Virus record (IMG/VR): IMGVR_UViG_3300032323_001487
Span: 13,231 to 77,230 of that record
Reading direction: 5' to 3' (one strand)
Length of the DNA stretch: 64,000 nt
Source: a virus
Taxonomy: Duplodnaviria; Caudoviricetes
Shown here: positions 1 through 8,983 of the stretch, in pieces
Layout of the letters: every line of letters begins with the position of its first letter
Numbering within the stretch: position 1 is the stretch's first letter
Notes under the pieces: generated by a model
What the model was told of the DNA's origin: nothing
Seen by the model: the letters and a program-made list of their open reading frames with translations, nothing else
Database searches by the model: none
Made by a program: the position numbers and the translations under genes

Positions 1-48
1 AGGCTCTGAGCCTGTGCTTGCTCCGCTAGCATCAGGGGGCAGGCGACT

Positions 49-90
49 AAAAGCACCGTAGTAAATATCTGCGGTGCTTTGGTTTTTCTT
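49..90. terminator. Intrinsic terminator, possibly bidirectional
   Basis: Stem AAAGCACCGTAG / CTGCGGTGCTTT with an A-run before and a T-rich tract after. Confidence 0.65.
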
Positions 91-164
91 CTAGAGTTTT
101 TACTCACGAGACTTCCTATAAGTAGGTGGAGTCTCTCCCTCTATAATTTTACCTTATTTTGAGG

Positions 165-401
165 TCAACTATCTTCTGGCGCTGGCTTCAGGTCTTCGTG
201 CCAAACCATTGCCCTAACTGATGCCAGTAACTCGAATGAGACGCTTGTGAGGTCCTCTGTGGCTAGTAATAAGTCTGCTTGGCGCTCTGGATGGAATGGG
301 TCTAAGAGGCTCTGTTGGACTTCCTCAAGAACGTGAGCACATAGTTTTATCTTGCGAATGTTGTCGCTAACTTGCTTGTCATAGTCATCTAAGAACGCCA
401 T
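165..401 (-). CDS. Hypothetical protein
   Basis: 78-aa ORF with ATG start, reading toward the terminator at 49-90. Confidence 0.5.
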   Translation of the reverse strand: MAFLDDYDKQVSDNIRKIKLCAHVLEEVQQSLLDPFHPERQADLLLATEDLTSVSFELLASVRAMVWHEDLKPAPEDS

Positions 402-593
402 GAATTTATTATACGGGGTGGGGTTTTGGGTGTATTTTAATGTATCACTTTTCTTTGCGACGGTGTTCTTTTGTGGGAGGAGGGGGGTTAAAAATGGTCG
501 ACGTCATTATGAAATAAAGGAAGTGTCGGGAAATGTCAGGAAATCGGGAAAAAGGATACTGATAGAAAAAGTGAAAAATAATTGATAAAAGTG

Positions 594-671
594 GATAGTA
601 TCTCGGAAGGGTGAAAACTGAGATACTATCGAGAAATAGTGAAAGATAATTATTGTTTTGCGATAGTATCT
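594..671. promoter_or_regulatory. Three GATA(G/C)TATC operator-like sites in a divergent intergenic region
   Basis: GATAGTATCTC (594-604) and GAGATACTATC (620-630) are a perfect inverted pair; third copy at 662-671. Confidence 0.5.
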
Positions 672-824
672 ACAACCTAATACAACCTAAAAACCCAATC
701 AATCGAAGTTCTATTACGCGCATGCGCGTGCGTGTATAGGTGGCAGAAAACACGGTTGAATGGATAAATAGGTTTTTTACTTGATTGGATAGTAATGGGT
801 TGTATTTGGGTGTAGGATTTAGTT

Positions 825-1286
825 ATGACTAATCCATTCGAATTTTTGGACATTGACGAGAACGAAGCCAAAGAAACTCTGTCCGAAATCAATCGAGTAG
901 GTAATCGAGATAAACGCATTTGTATCTGCGGACACTCAATCAATTACCACTCATTTATTTCGACAAGAGGACACCACACTTGTAACGCACAGAAAAATGC
1001 TTGTAAGTGTCGAAACCCTAGACCAGTTCTAGAAACCACTAACGCACGAGTATTCAATCGAAAGACACAAGGTGCTGCTGGACTTCACGCATTGACGCAA
1101 GGAATTGCTGGTGCGATGGAAGTTGGGGCAACAATTGAGTGGCTGATTGAGATGAAGTGCGACAAGTGCGATACCGCTGGACCAGTAGTCCCAGTTCCAG
1201 TAACACAACAAGGAGTGATTAGCAGTAGCGGTCACACTGGATTTGACAAAATGCTATGTAGAGGATGTCGCACAAATGGACAGTAA
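825..1286 (+). CDS. Cys/His-rich putative zinc-binding protein
   Basis: CICGH, CKC, CDKC and CRGC motifs. Confidence 0.65.
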   Translation: MTNPFEFLDIDENEAKETLSEINRVGNRDKRICICGHSINYHSFISTRGHHTCNAQKNACKCRNPRPVLETTNARVFNRKTQGAAGLHALTQGIAGAMEVGATIEWLIEMKCDKCDTAGPVVPVPVTQQGVISSSGHTGFDKMLCRGCRTNGQ

Positions 1287-1944
1287 TGCTAAACCGCACT
1301 ACAACGTAGTGATTGCTACACCTGGTAGACAGTTTCACGCTGACTATGTGATGTCGCTAATGGAAACAACTAAGTGGCTGAATGAGAATGGGCTGACTTA
1401 CACGATGCTCAATACCTATTCGTCATTCGTGCCAAGTGCCAGAGAAATGACAGCAACTGGAACCTACGTTCACAACTGGGAAACTAAAGAAGTTGGAAGT
1501 GGCAAATTCACTTACGACAAAATCTTCTGGATTGATTCAGACATCTCTTGGACCAACGAAGACTTTCGAAGAATCTACGAGAGCGAGTTAGATGTTGTTA
1601 GCGGACTCTATCAAACGGATGTCTATGGAACGGTTGCTTGTAACTATCCAGACAACGAAGGCAGACCAACCAAAGTCAACAAAGTTGAGTTCCTATTGTT
1701 CGATGAACCTGTCGAAGTAGGTGGAGTAGGTTTCGGATTCGTCGCGATGAAGCAGGGCGTCTTCGAGAACATCCCAAGACCTTGGTTTGGTATCAAGAAA
1801 ATCAAATGGCCTGAACACGACTTTTTGACTAATGTTGGAGAAGACTATTCGTGGTGCTACAACGCGACTGGCGCAGGATACAAAATTTGGATTGACCCAT
1901 TGGTCAAAGTAAATCACCACAAGGAGACTGTCTATGTCGTTTAG
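1276..1944 (+). CDS. GT-A fold glycosyltransferase-like protein
   Basis: FWIDSD (DxD motif), GFGF, GEDYSWC, WIDP..VNHHK; ATG at 1276 overlaps the upstream gene end. Confidence 0.75.
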   Translation: MDSNAKPHYNVVIATPGRQFHADYVMSLMETTKWLNENGLTYTMLNTYSSFVPSAREMTATGTYVHNWETKEVGSGKFTYDKIFWIDSDISWTNEDFRRIYESELDVVSGLYQTDVYGTVACNYPDNEGRPTKVNKVEFLLFDEPVEVGGVGFGFVAMKQGVFENIPRPWFGIKKIKWPEHDFLTNVGEDYSWCYNATGAGYKIWIDPLVKVNHHKETVYVV

Positions 1945-2233
1945 CGACAACATCAAAGTAATGACCATCAACTACGCCAACATCAAAAACTGTGACATCT
2001 TGGCGTTCGACGAAATTCCAGAAGAGCAAACCAAAGTTCTTCGAGAACTTCCAGAGAGCGAAGAAGCGTTTCTTCAGAGATTCCAGAAGATTATCCAACT
2101 GGCGCTAATTGACCCTAAGCGTTGGAGCGAGTTCGAAGAATTATCTATGGATGATTTCTTTACGTTCTTTTGGAAATGGGTACAAGCCAGTAGTATAATA
2201 GACGACGAAGATGTAGAGCACGGAACGATTTAG
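1934..2233 (+). CDS. Hypothetical protein
   Basis: Overlaps both neighbours in an operon-like run. Confidence 0.6.
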   Translation: MSFSDNIKVMTINYANIKNCDILAFDEIPEEQTKVLRELPESEEAFLQRFQKIIQLALIDPKRWSEFEELSMDDFFTFFWKWVQASSIIDDEDVEHGTI

Positions 2234-2466
2234 TGGCAAACATCTGCGGATGGTGTATGACTGGGTATCACGACACGTGTAACCCAAAAATTGTTTTCTA
2301 CGACAAAGTTTGGTATTGTAACTGTGTCCAATGTAAAGACAAGCAAACTGAAGGAGTGACGAATGAGGAACCTGTTTCGCAAACTGTTCTACCCGAACCG
2401 ACCGCTGACACATCAGCACGGTCCGAGGCACCTACTACTAAAAAAGTAAAAAGAAAACTGAAATGA
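2233..2466 (+). CDS. Small Cys-rich hypothetical protein
   Basis: CGWC..H..C..CNC..C; start and stop overlap neighbours. Confidence 0.6.
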   Translation: MANICGWCMTGYHDTCNPKIVFYDKVWYCNCVQCKDKQTEGVTNEEPVSQTVLPEPTADTSARSEAPTTKKVKRKLK

Positions 2467-3089
2467 TTGACTACACCATAAAGCAGGTGTCGTCCAAAGA
2501 ATCCAACCAGATGGTCGTGGACAACCACTACCTTCATCGCAAGGCATCGAATATGTATGCCTATGGTCTGTTCGATGGCGACGAGATGATTGGCTGTGTG
2601 ATTTACGGGAAACCAGCATCGCCCAGTTTGTGTGTAGGAGTTTGTGGTCCAGAGGAATCTAGCCAAGTGCTTGAACTAACCAGACTCTGGATTGCTGACA
2701 AAACTCCAAAGAACACAGAGTCATACCTGATTGGTCGTAGCCTAAGGATGTTGCCAAAAGACAGAGACATCATCGTGTCCTATGCCGAAATCGGAGCAGG
2801 TCACGTCGGCACTGTCTACCAAGCGACCAACTGGATTTATACGGGAATGTCCGACCGACACGTTGAGTGGAGATTAGACGGAGAATCCAGCACACACTCA
2901 CGCCACATCTTTGACGAGCACGGCGGAGTAAATGGAGCAAAGGCTTTCTTCGGCGACAGACTCGAAAGACACGAGCGCCCACGAAAGCATCGATACGTTT
3001 TCTTCAACACTTCATCGAAGCGCAGGAAACGAGAACTCTTAGACAAACTAAGATATAAAATCCAACCCTATCCAAAGAAGGAAACCTAA
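2463..3089 (+). CDS. mom: Mom-family DNA (adenine) modification protein, GNAT fold
   Basis: HYLHR, YGLF, ELTRLW, KNTES..I..SL, IVSYA...GH.GTVYQATNW.YTG match Mom-like proteins. Confidence 0.8.
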   Translation: MIDYTIKQVSSKESNQMVVDNHYLHRKASNMYAYGLFDGDEMIGCVIYGKPASPSLCVGVCGPEESSQVLELTRLWIADKTPKNTESYLIGRSLRMLPKDRDIIVSYAEIGAGHVGTVYQATNWIYTGMSDRHVEWRLDGESSTHSRHIFDEHGGVNGAKAFFGDRLERHERPRKHRYVFFNTSSKRRKRELLDKLRYKIQPYPKKET

Positions 3090-3497
3090 ATGAAGAAATG
3101 GTTCGGAGAGTTTTTCAACAAAATCCGATTTACTAAAACCACCAAGACCGAGGCTGACACCCTGAGAGACAACGTAAGCAGAATCGCTCGAGACAACAGA
3201 GGCAGATGGGTAATCGACGATTTGGGAAAGCCAGTCCTAAAGACTGACGACCCAGCGCGAATCGCAAAGTTCAGTAAGCGCCAAGAAGACTACTACCTAG
3301 AAGTCGCCAAGAAAGCATCTTGCTGTGGTGGTGGCGGTTCAGGTTGCCAGTGCTCCCTAAAGCCGACGGACAACAAAAAGGTCGAAGAAGTAAAGACCGA
3401 AGCCAAGCGTCAGCAAGAAAAGTATGGAACTCAAAAGCCAGTTGCTAAGAAAAAGCCAACTGGTGGAGGCACCAAAAAAGAACAAGCAACAGAGTAA
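3090..3497 (+). CDS. Basic hypothetical protein
   Basis: Abuts the mom-like gene and is followed by a terminator. Confidence 0.6.
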   Translation: MKKWFGEFFNKIRFTKTTKTEADTLRDNVSRIARDNRGRWVIDDLGKPVLKTDDPARIAKFSKRQEDYYLEVAKKASCCGGGGSGCQCSLKPTDNKKVEEVKTEAKRQQEKYGTQKPVAKKKPTGGGTKKEQATE

Positions 3498-3517
3498 TTT
3501 CAAAACAGTTTCAAACT

Positions 3518-3561
3518 AAGCCCCGAAAAAATCACTAACCCTGATTTTTCGGGGTTTTTTC
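3518..3561 (+). terminator. Intrinsic terminator
   Basis: CCCCGAAAAAATCA / TGATTTTTCGGGG stem followed by a T-run. Confidence 0.7.
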
Positions 3562-3784
3562 TGCCTTTCTAAATGAAAAAGGTAGCGTTCACCCTCACCT
3601 CATCCAAAATTTCGTCCAAATCGAAAATAAAGATTGACTTTATAGTGATAACTGTCAGGTTGTATAAACCTGCGGGATGAGACACCCTTAGGTTGCCCAA
3701 AGCAAACGAACGGGTCGGGCGGCAGTCAGTCTCTCCCCCGAACTGCCGTCCGACTCTTATGAAATAACAAGGACGTAATTCAAA

Positions 3785-4714
3785 ATGTCAGACCCTCGTG
3801 CTATAGATTCGGCAGACCCTTTCTCTACTCCCATCGCGGAGAAGCCAGACGTTCAGGTCGACACTCCAACCAACCTCCGCCCCGACCTTTCCCAATATGG
3901 AATCGAAGAAGTAGACAAGGGCATCTGCGAAGACACGTATGAGAACCGCGCTGCCTTACGTCGAGCAAAGATGAACTGGATTCCTGTTTACGCAGTGAAC
4001 GGCGTTCCTACTGGAACCATCCAAGCCATCTCCCCCGAGATGCAAACTCAGCAAAGAATGTTGAGCCTCGATGAGAAGGTCGCAATTCTTTCAGACCCTA
4101 AAAATAAAAACTCGGATTACTTGACGGGCTTCGACCTTCTTGCTGAATCCGAGGGCGACTTGATTGCGCCACCTTGGGTTCTCGGCGCGACGCGCGTTTG
4201 GGCAAAACTCTATAATGAAGCGAATGGCGATTTCGAATCGCTTGGAAAAAAGGTACCCCCTTTACCATCACGTTGTAAGGCCATCAAGGACGACGGCATC
4301 CGCTGTCAGTTATGGACTGGAGGACGTCCACAAGATGACGGCTTCTGTCGCGTTCACCTTGGCGCGTTACGCAATAAACCGACGGACTCAGTTGAACGTG
4401 CTCGCGCACGTCTGACTCAGGTTGCCCCTGTTGCTGTAGACACCCTTGAGCAGTTGATGGAGTCAGCCGAGTCTGAGCCAGTGAAACTAAAAGCAGCCAC
4501 AGAAATTTTGGACCGCGCGGGTGTCAGAGCAGGCTTTGATATAAATACTGATGTTACTCTAGACGTCAGGCCCGCTGCTTCTATAATCGCCGAACGTCTA
4601 CAACGGTTAGCCCAAAACACCATTGACGCTCAGAGACGTATCGAAGAATCACAGCCACCGACCATTGAAGTAGAAGTAGAAGAAGCAGAGGTAGTTCCAG
4701 ATGACGCTAAGTGA
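3785..4714 (+). CDS. Probable terminase small subunit-like protein
   Basis: RC.A...G.RC...C..H.G zinc motif, then AVDTL..LM.SA.SE.VKLKAATEILDRAG, as in actinophage TerS-like proteins. Confidence 0.5.
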   Translation: MSDPRAIDSADPFSTPIAEKPDVQVDTPTNLRPDLSQYGIEEVDKGICEDTYENRAALRRAKMNWIPVYAVNGVPTGTIQAISPEMQTQQRMLSLDEKVAILSDPKNKNSDYLTGFDLLAESEGDLIAPPWVLGATRVWAKLYNEANGDFESLGKKVPPLPSRCKAIKDDGIRCQLWTGGRPQDDGFCRVHLGALRNKPTDSVERARARLTQVAPVAVDTLEQLMESAESEPVKLKAATEILDRAGVRAGFDINTDVTLDVRPAASIIAERLQRLAQNTIDAQRRIEESQPPTIEVEVEEAEVVPDDAK

Positions 4715-4910
4715 ACTAATTGAGTTAGCGACGGAGCACACCTTACGGCTCGCGGAAGACGTCAAACTTGCGTCGACTAGAATGGAACACGTGCGGGTCA
4801 CGGCTCGCGCTAATGAAGCATCGAACTTACTCCACGCCCTAATGCACTACACACCCGACGGATTGCCAGCAAACAATGTCTCTATTTCAGAAACCGAACC
4901 CGACGAGTAA
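4701..4910 (+). CDS. Hypothetical protein
   Basis: Overlaps both neighbours. Confidence 0.55.
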   Translation: MTLSELIELATEHTLRLAEDVKLASTRMEHVRVTARANEASNLLHALMHYTPDGLPANNVSISETEPDE

Positions 4911-5652
4911 CGTCGAGCGTTTTGTTGCACAAGCCCTAAGTTATAACGGATACACCGCGAGCGCGGGCCGTATCAATATCTTCGGCGAGCGCCTTGGTAT
5001 GAACGGCTTGCCTTGGGACGGTATCTTTATTGACGTCGTGGCCCGCGAAGTCGGCGTGTCCTTACCGTCTCACATTTATCCGCCCGTCGCGCTCGCGGAA
5101 TACATGGGGTCGGGACTTTTCCGTGCGAAGCCTCGACGGGGAGACATTGTGTTCTTCGCGACGTCTGAGGTGATGGACTTCGGCTCGCCTCACGTTGGTA
5201 TAGTAACGGATGCCTCACGGCACGCGATAGACGGAACGTTCACGACGGTGGAGGCTATGGTCGGAAACGGCAAGCCTAAGAGTCCGCAAAATGGAGACGG
5301 AGTGTATGTTCGCGTCCGTCACCAAACGGAGGTCATCGGATATGCCCGTCCACGTTTTATTTCTTTAGCAGAACGGATGACCAAAGCGGGAGATGTTCCA
5401 ACGGTTGTTCCTGCTCAGTTGCGTAACGGCTTGCGTCATAAGAACGTCGAGGTGGTTCAACTCGCGCTCGCTGGATTGTTCACGGACGTTCGCGGTTTGC
5501 CACGGGGACACTTCGATACACGGACTCGACTTGCTTACGCCAGATTCCAACGGAGCATCGGATATCCGCCTTCGCGTGCCACAGGTGAGGTTGACCTCGC
5601 ATCCCTGCAACGGCTTGCCGAGATGACGGGTTTGTTCACCGCGAGCGCGTAG
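4876..5652 (+). CDS. CHAP-like domain plus peptidoglycan-binding domain (endolysin-like; catalytic Cys replaced)
   Basis: PW(D)..F, GDIVFF, HVGIV, TVE, IGYARP; C-terminal V..VQ.AL...G.FD..T..AY.RFQ PG-binding pattern. Confidence 0.7.
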   Translation: MSLFQKPNPTSNVERFVAQALSYNGYTASAGRINIFGERLGMNGLPWDGIFIDVVAREVGVSLPSHIYPPVALAEYMGSGLFRAKPRRGDIVFFATSEVMDFGSPHVGIVTDASRHAIDGTFTTVEAMVGNGKPKSPQNGDGVYVRVRHQTEVIGYARPRFISLAERMTKAGDVPTVVPAQLRNGLRHKNVEVVQLALAGLFTDVRGLPRGHFDTRTRLAYARFQRSIGYPPSRATGEVDLASLQRLAEMTGLFTASA

Positions 5653-6015
5653 GTAACGAAATGATAACGGCTTACGATTTAATCTTGACAAACCGGGAAA
5701 AGTCACTTTAAAATGTCTCCGACATTTTAAAGCAAATTTCGATACACTTCCCTCTACAGGCCAGTGTTTAGGCGGGGGTCGATTTTCCCCCTTTTATTTC
5801 ATACGGTAAGCAACTGCGAGGCCCGCCTTCGAAAAGGGGTCCCCATTTTTCCAAGCGGCGAGCCAGGTTTCCCCCCAGGGGGAAGCCGCGTTATTTCATA
5901 ACGGCAAGCCATGACGCGAAGCGGGAACGTTGACGGCGAGCGTTTACACGCGCTATGTTTATTTACACAACGGCAAGCCAATAACGGCAAGCCGATAACG
6001 GAAAGCAGGAGACGG

Positions 6016-6243
6016 ATGGACTTTGACGCGTGGTTGAAGATGGGTTACGAGAACGGGTGGGTAGGACCCGACGTGTGCTTTACGCACGACGGCGTGCCTA
6101 TGACGGCAAGCGAAGAAGCGGAGTTCGAGACGGGTGACCCTTGCGTACACATAGTGCGCCTCTACGAGTCGACGGATGCCAAACGGAGCGTCGAGGAGAA
6201 CCACTCACCGAGTGTATGGAGAGCCACCAACAAGGGGTGGTAG
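6016..6243 (+). CDS. Hypothetical protein
   Basis: SD AGGAG before ATG 6016; C.THDG...DPC.H motif; stop lies inside a 25-bp site. Confidence 0.65.
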   Translation: MDFDAWLKMGYENGWVGPDVCFTHDGVPMTASEEAEFETGDPCVHIVRLYESTDAKRSVEENHSPSVWRATNKGW

Positions 6244-6296
6244 TTTTTCCAAGCGGGAGTTGACGGTCGCTCGAATCACGTTTCCGGGTTTGTTTT

Positions 6297-6521
6297 ATGA
6301 TAAAACCCATGAGACACATCGAGGTACATTTAGTCGAGAGTAACGACGACAGAGAGTCATTGAACAAGGCTGGCTTTGACCTGTTCGAAGTCGAGACCTG
6401 CGAGCAATGCTTTGAGGAAGTTGGCGCAGTCGAAGACGCTGAGTTCGTTTCATTTGTTGTTTGTCTAGACGAGGAAGATGAGTGGATTGTCTGCGCTGAG
6501 TGCGCTGAACCCATCTTGTAA
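6297..6521 (+). CDS. Small acidic protein with two CxxC motifs
   Basis: CEQC...CAEC; stop overlaps the start of the next 25-bp site. Confidence 0.6.
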   Translation: MIKPMRHIEVHLVESNDDRESLNKAGFDLFEVETCEQCFEEVGAVEDAEFVSFVVCLDEEDEWIVCAECAEPIL

Positions 6522-6539
6522 AGGGGTGCCTGTTTTTCC

Positions 6540-7025
6540 GTGCGAAAACTTTCTGTCTACCAAGACGTCGAGATTGACCTCGACGCGATTCTGAAATTAT
6601 CTGAAGACTCTGAGTGGTTTGATGCTCAGATTGGCGATGTTCGCGATTTCTCATTTCGCAGGCTGAAGCAGTTCCAAGAAATTATTTTTCCGCAAATTAA
6701 AAATTACGTCGAAGATTGCTCAGACGAGCCACTCGAGATGGAATCATTTACTTTGATTCGATACACAGAGGGGCAGTTCTTTATCGAGCACTCTGACGAC
6801 GACATCGAGGAACTCGAGCGCAAACTCTCCATCGTTATTTATTTGAACGACGATTACGAAGGAGGGGAGATTTACTTCAGGAAACAAAACCTGACCATCA
6901 AACCCAAAGCCAACTCTCTGGTCGCGTTTCCTTCGACTGACGAATTCGTTCACGAAGCGAAGCCAATCACCTCTGGGACAAAATATATAATCACCAGTTT
7001 TTGGTATTCGCGCTTGGAAAACTAG
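6540..7025 (+). CDS. 2OG-Fe(II) oxygenase (prolyl-4-hydroxylase-like)
   Basis: HxD (HSD), RKLS...YLNDDYEGGE, distal H (HEAKP), G.KY. Confidence 0.85.
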   Translation: MRKLSVYQDVEIDLDAILKLSEDSEWFDAQIGDVRDFSFRRLKQFQEIIFPQIKNYVEDCSDEPLEMESFTLIRYTEGQFFIEHSDDDIEELERKLSIVIYLNDDYEGGEIYFRKQNLTIKPKANSLVAFPSTDEFVHEAKPITSGTKYIITSFWYSRLEN

Positions 7026-7087
7026 CGACCCCTTTTTCTTTGCCAACCCACTTTCAAAATGTCAGTGGCTGCTCATACACTCAGAGT

Positions 7088-7411
7088 ATGGATGAATTTA
7101 CAAATTACACAGAAGACGACTGGATGAGTTGGTGGACAGAGGTTTTCTATGGCATCGAGAACGATGACATAGTTCACATCTGCGACCCACACGAAACCAA
7201 GCAGTGCGTCGATTGCGCGAAGGTTGACAATTGCTGGAACGAGAATGGTCTCTACATTCTCTGTACAGATTGCCTCACAGTCGAGAGCACGTTGGAGATG
7301 AACCAAGTTCTAGGAGACGAGGACAGCCCCTACGCACACCTGAGCGAAGAAGAGAAAAAAGAAAAGTTCTTGGAGATGTATCGCGAGAATCCAGATATGT
7401 TCGACTTCTAA
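7088..7411 (+). CDS. Acidic zinc-binding hypothetical protein, probably leaderless
   Basis: CVDC / CTDC; ATG lies 6 nt after the -10 TACACT. Confidence 0.6.
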   Translation: MDEFTNYTEDDWMSWWTEVFYGIENDDIVHICDPHETKQCVDCAKVDNCWNENGLYILCTDCLTVESTLEMNQVLGDEDSPYAHLSEEEKKEKFLEMYRENPDMFDF

Positions 7412-7485
7412 AAGTTTTTATAAATAAACTTGACAAAAAGATTTTTATCACTCATACTGTTACCAACAACTCTTGAAGGAGAGAA

Positions 7486-7785
7486 ATGACACCAAGGATG
7501 AAAGACATCACCATCACCACAGCCACGATTGACTTTGGCGATTGGAAACTCACTGCGACTGGTCAACTCGGAACCCACAGCGAGTGGCGCGTCGAGCAAA
7601 CCACTCCAGCGATTCACTACACGAACGACTGGAAGATGCGCGATTACATTTGCGACCAACAGGAACTCGAGAAGTTCCTCTGGGAAGAAGTTCAGCGCAT
7701 CAACCAAAAGTATTCAGTCTGCGTATTCGAGGAAACTATCGAGCAGGTCGAAGACGAGGACTACTTCGAGGAAGAGGACAACTAA
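7486..7785 (+). CDS. Hypothetical protein
   Basis: Promoter at 7430 and SD GAAGGAG. Confidence 0.65.
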   Translation: MTPRMKDITITTATIDFGDWKLTATGQLGTHSEWRVEQTTPAIHYTNDWKMRDYICDQQELEKFLWEEVQRINQKYSVCVFEETIEQVEDEDYFEEEDN

Positions 7786-7937
7786 TGTCAGAGCGCAACT
7801 GTTCCATCGCGACTTGCGACAAGCACGCAGATGTCTACGCAGGTGGACCCTACTCAGGAGACTGGGCTGACTACTACTGCCACGACCACATCCCACAAAA
7901 TTTTCAAGTCTGGGATAGACTTGACAAACAGAAATAA
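7785..7937 (+). CDS. Small hypothetical protein (MSERNC...)
   Basis: TAATG stop-start overlap with the upstream gene. Confidence 0.55.
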   Translation: MSERNCSIATCDKHADVYAGGPYSGDWADYYCHDHIPQNFQVWDRLDKQK

Positions 7938-7981
7938 ATCTGCTTTACTAGCAGAGTCATAAAAAACAAGAAGGAGACAAA

Positions 7982-8374
7982 ATGACAGAACGAGTAACTT
8001 GGGTGGACTACCAGTGGAAAGACGAAGCAATGTCTGGAGACAAGATGGCAATGGTGGTAATTCTCAACGACAAAGACCTTTACGAGAAGTTGTCTACAGA
8101 CGACGAGTTCGACCAGCGCGTCTGGTTTTACTTTCAAGACGAGGCAGAGTTCAAGCGTGCGTTCAATAAGGACAACGACGAACACGAGTTCTACTTGGTC
8201 GCACAGTATGACGAAGAGGACAACCCAATCTGTCCATCGTGCGATGGATTCATCCCAAGCAATGAGAACCCGGGCGCATACCCAGGGGCTATCTCGCGCA
8301 AAGACAACAGCACAGAGATTTGCTCAGCGTGTGGAACTGCTGAGGCGCTCGCGGACTTTTTTGGAAATAAATAA
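7982..8374 (+). CDS. Hypothetical protein with C-terminal zinc finger
   Basis: SD AAGGAG; CPSC...GAISRKDN.TEICSACG. Confidence 0.7.
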   Translation: MTERVTWVDYQWKDEAMSGDKMAMVVILNDKDLYEKLSTDDEFDQRVWFYFQDEAEFKRAFNKDNDEHEFYLVAQYDEEDNPICPSCDGFIPSNENPGAYPGAISRKDNSTEICSACGTAEALADFFGNK

Positions 8375-8463
8375 AAAATCTTTTACGACACGCTTGACAA
8401 ATAAAAATAAATCTGTTTTACTATTCAGGTAAGCAAAACCACTCGTTAGGAAGGAAAAAACAA

Positions 8464-8958
8464 ATGAGTGTAAAAAACAAAAAGGACAGCGCAGGTAAGG
8501 CGCTGTATGTGGAGTTCCGCAAGGCAGGCTACACATACCAGTTCATCCTCACCCCTGAGGCTGTCTTCAATGGTCAGTTCTATCCTGTCCACTTTATGCG
8601 TAGAAATATGAACAGTTTCCAGTCTCGCAAGAACTGGGCTATCGATGCGACTCGTCACATCCCAAGCCCACCTATTGACGCGTCAGGCGACTTTGCTCAG
8701 GCATCAGACGCTGAGGCAAAGCAAATGGCAGAACTCAAGTTACAGTTTGTGAAAAGCACGCTGAGCGACTTGTTCTACAAAGAGTGGAAAGTCTTCAAGA
8801 ATCCAATCGCTGTCGAAGTTACTTACGAGGACCTAGACCTGATTGCTCAGAAGAAAACCCCTCAGGCGCTGATTCGTCGAATCCAGCGTTCACGAGTTGA
8901 GTTCGGTTTTGGAGAAGACCTAGTGTCTACTGCTGAGCCAACGATTCCAGTAGCGTAA
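8464..8958 (+). CDS. Hypothetical protein, first gene of the AAA+/vWA unit
   Basis: Promoter at 8394 and SD GGAAGG. Confidence 0.7.
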   Translation: MSVKNKKDSAGKALYVEFRKAGYTYQFILTPEAVFNGQFYPVHFMRRNMNSFQSRKNWAIDATRHIPSPPIDASGDFAQASDAEAKQMAELKLQFVKSTLSDLFYKEWKVFKNPIAVEVTYEDLDLIAQKKTPQALIRRIQRSRVEFGFGEDLVSTAEPTIPVA

Positions 8959-8983
8959 ATCTCAGATAGGAAGGAAATACAAA

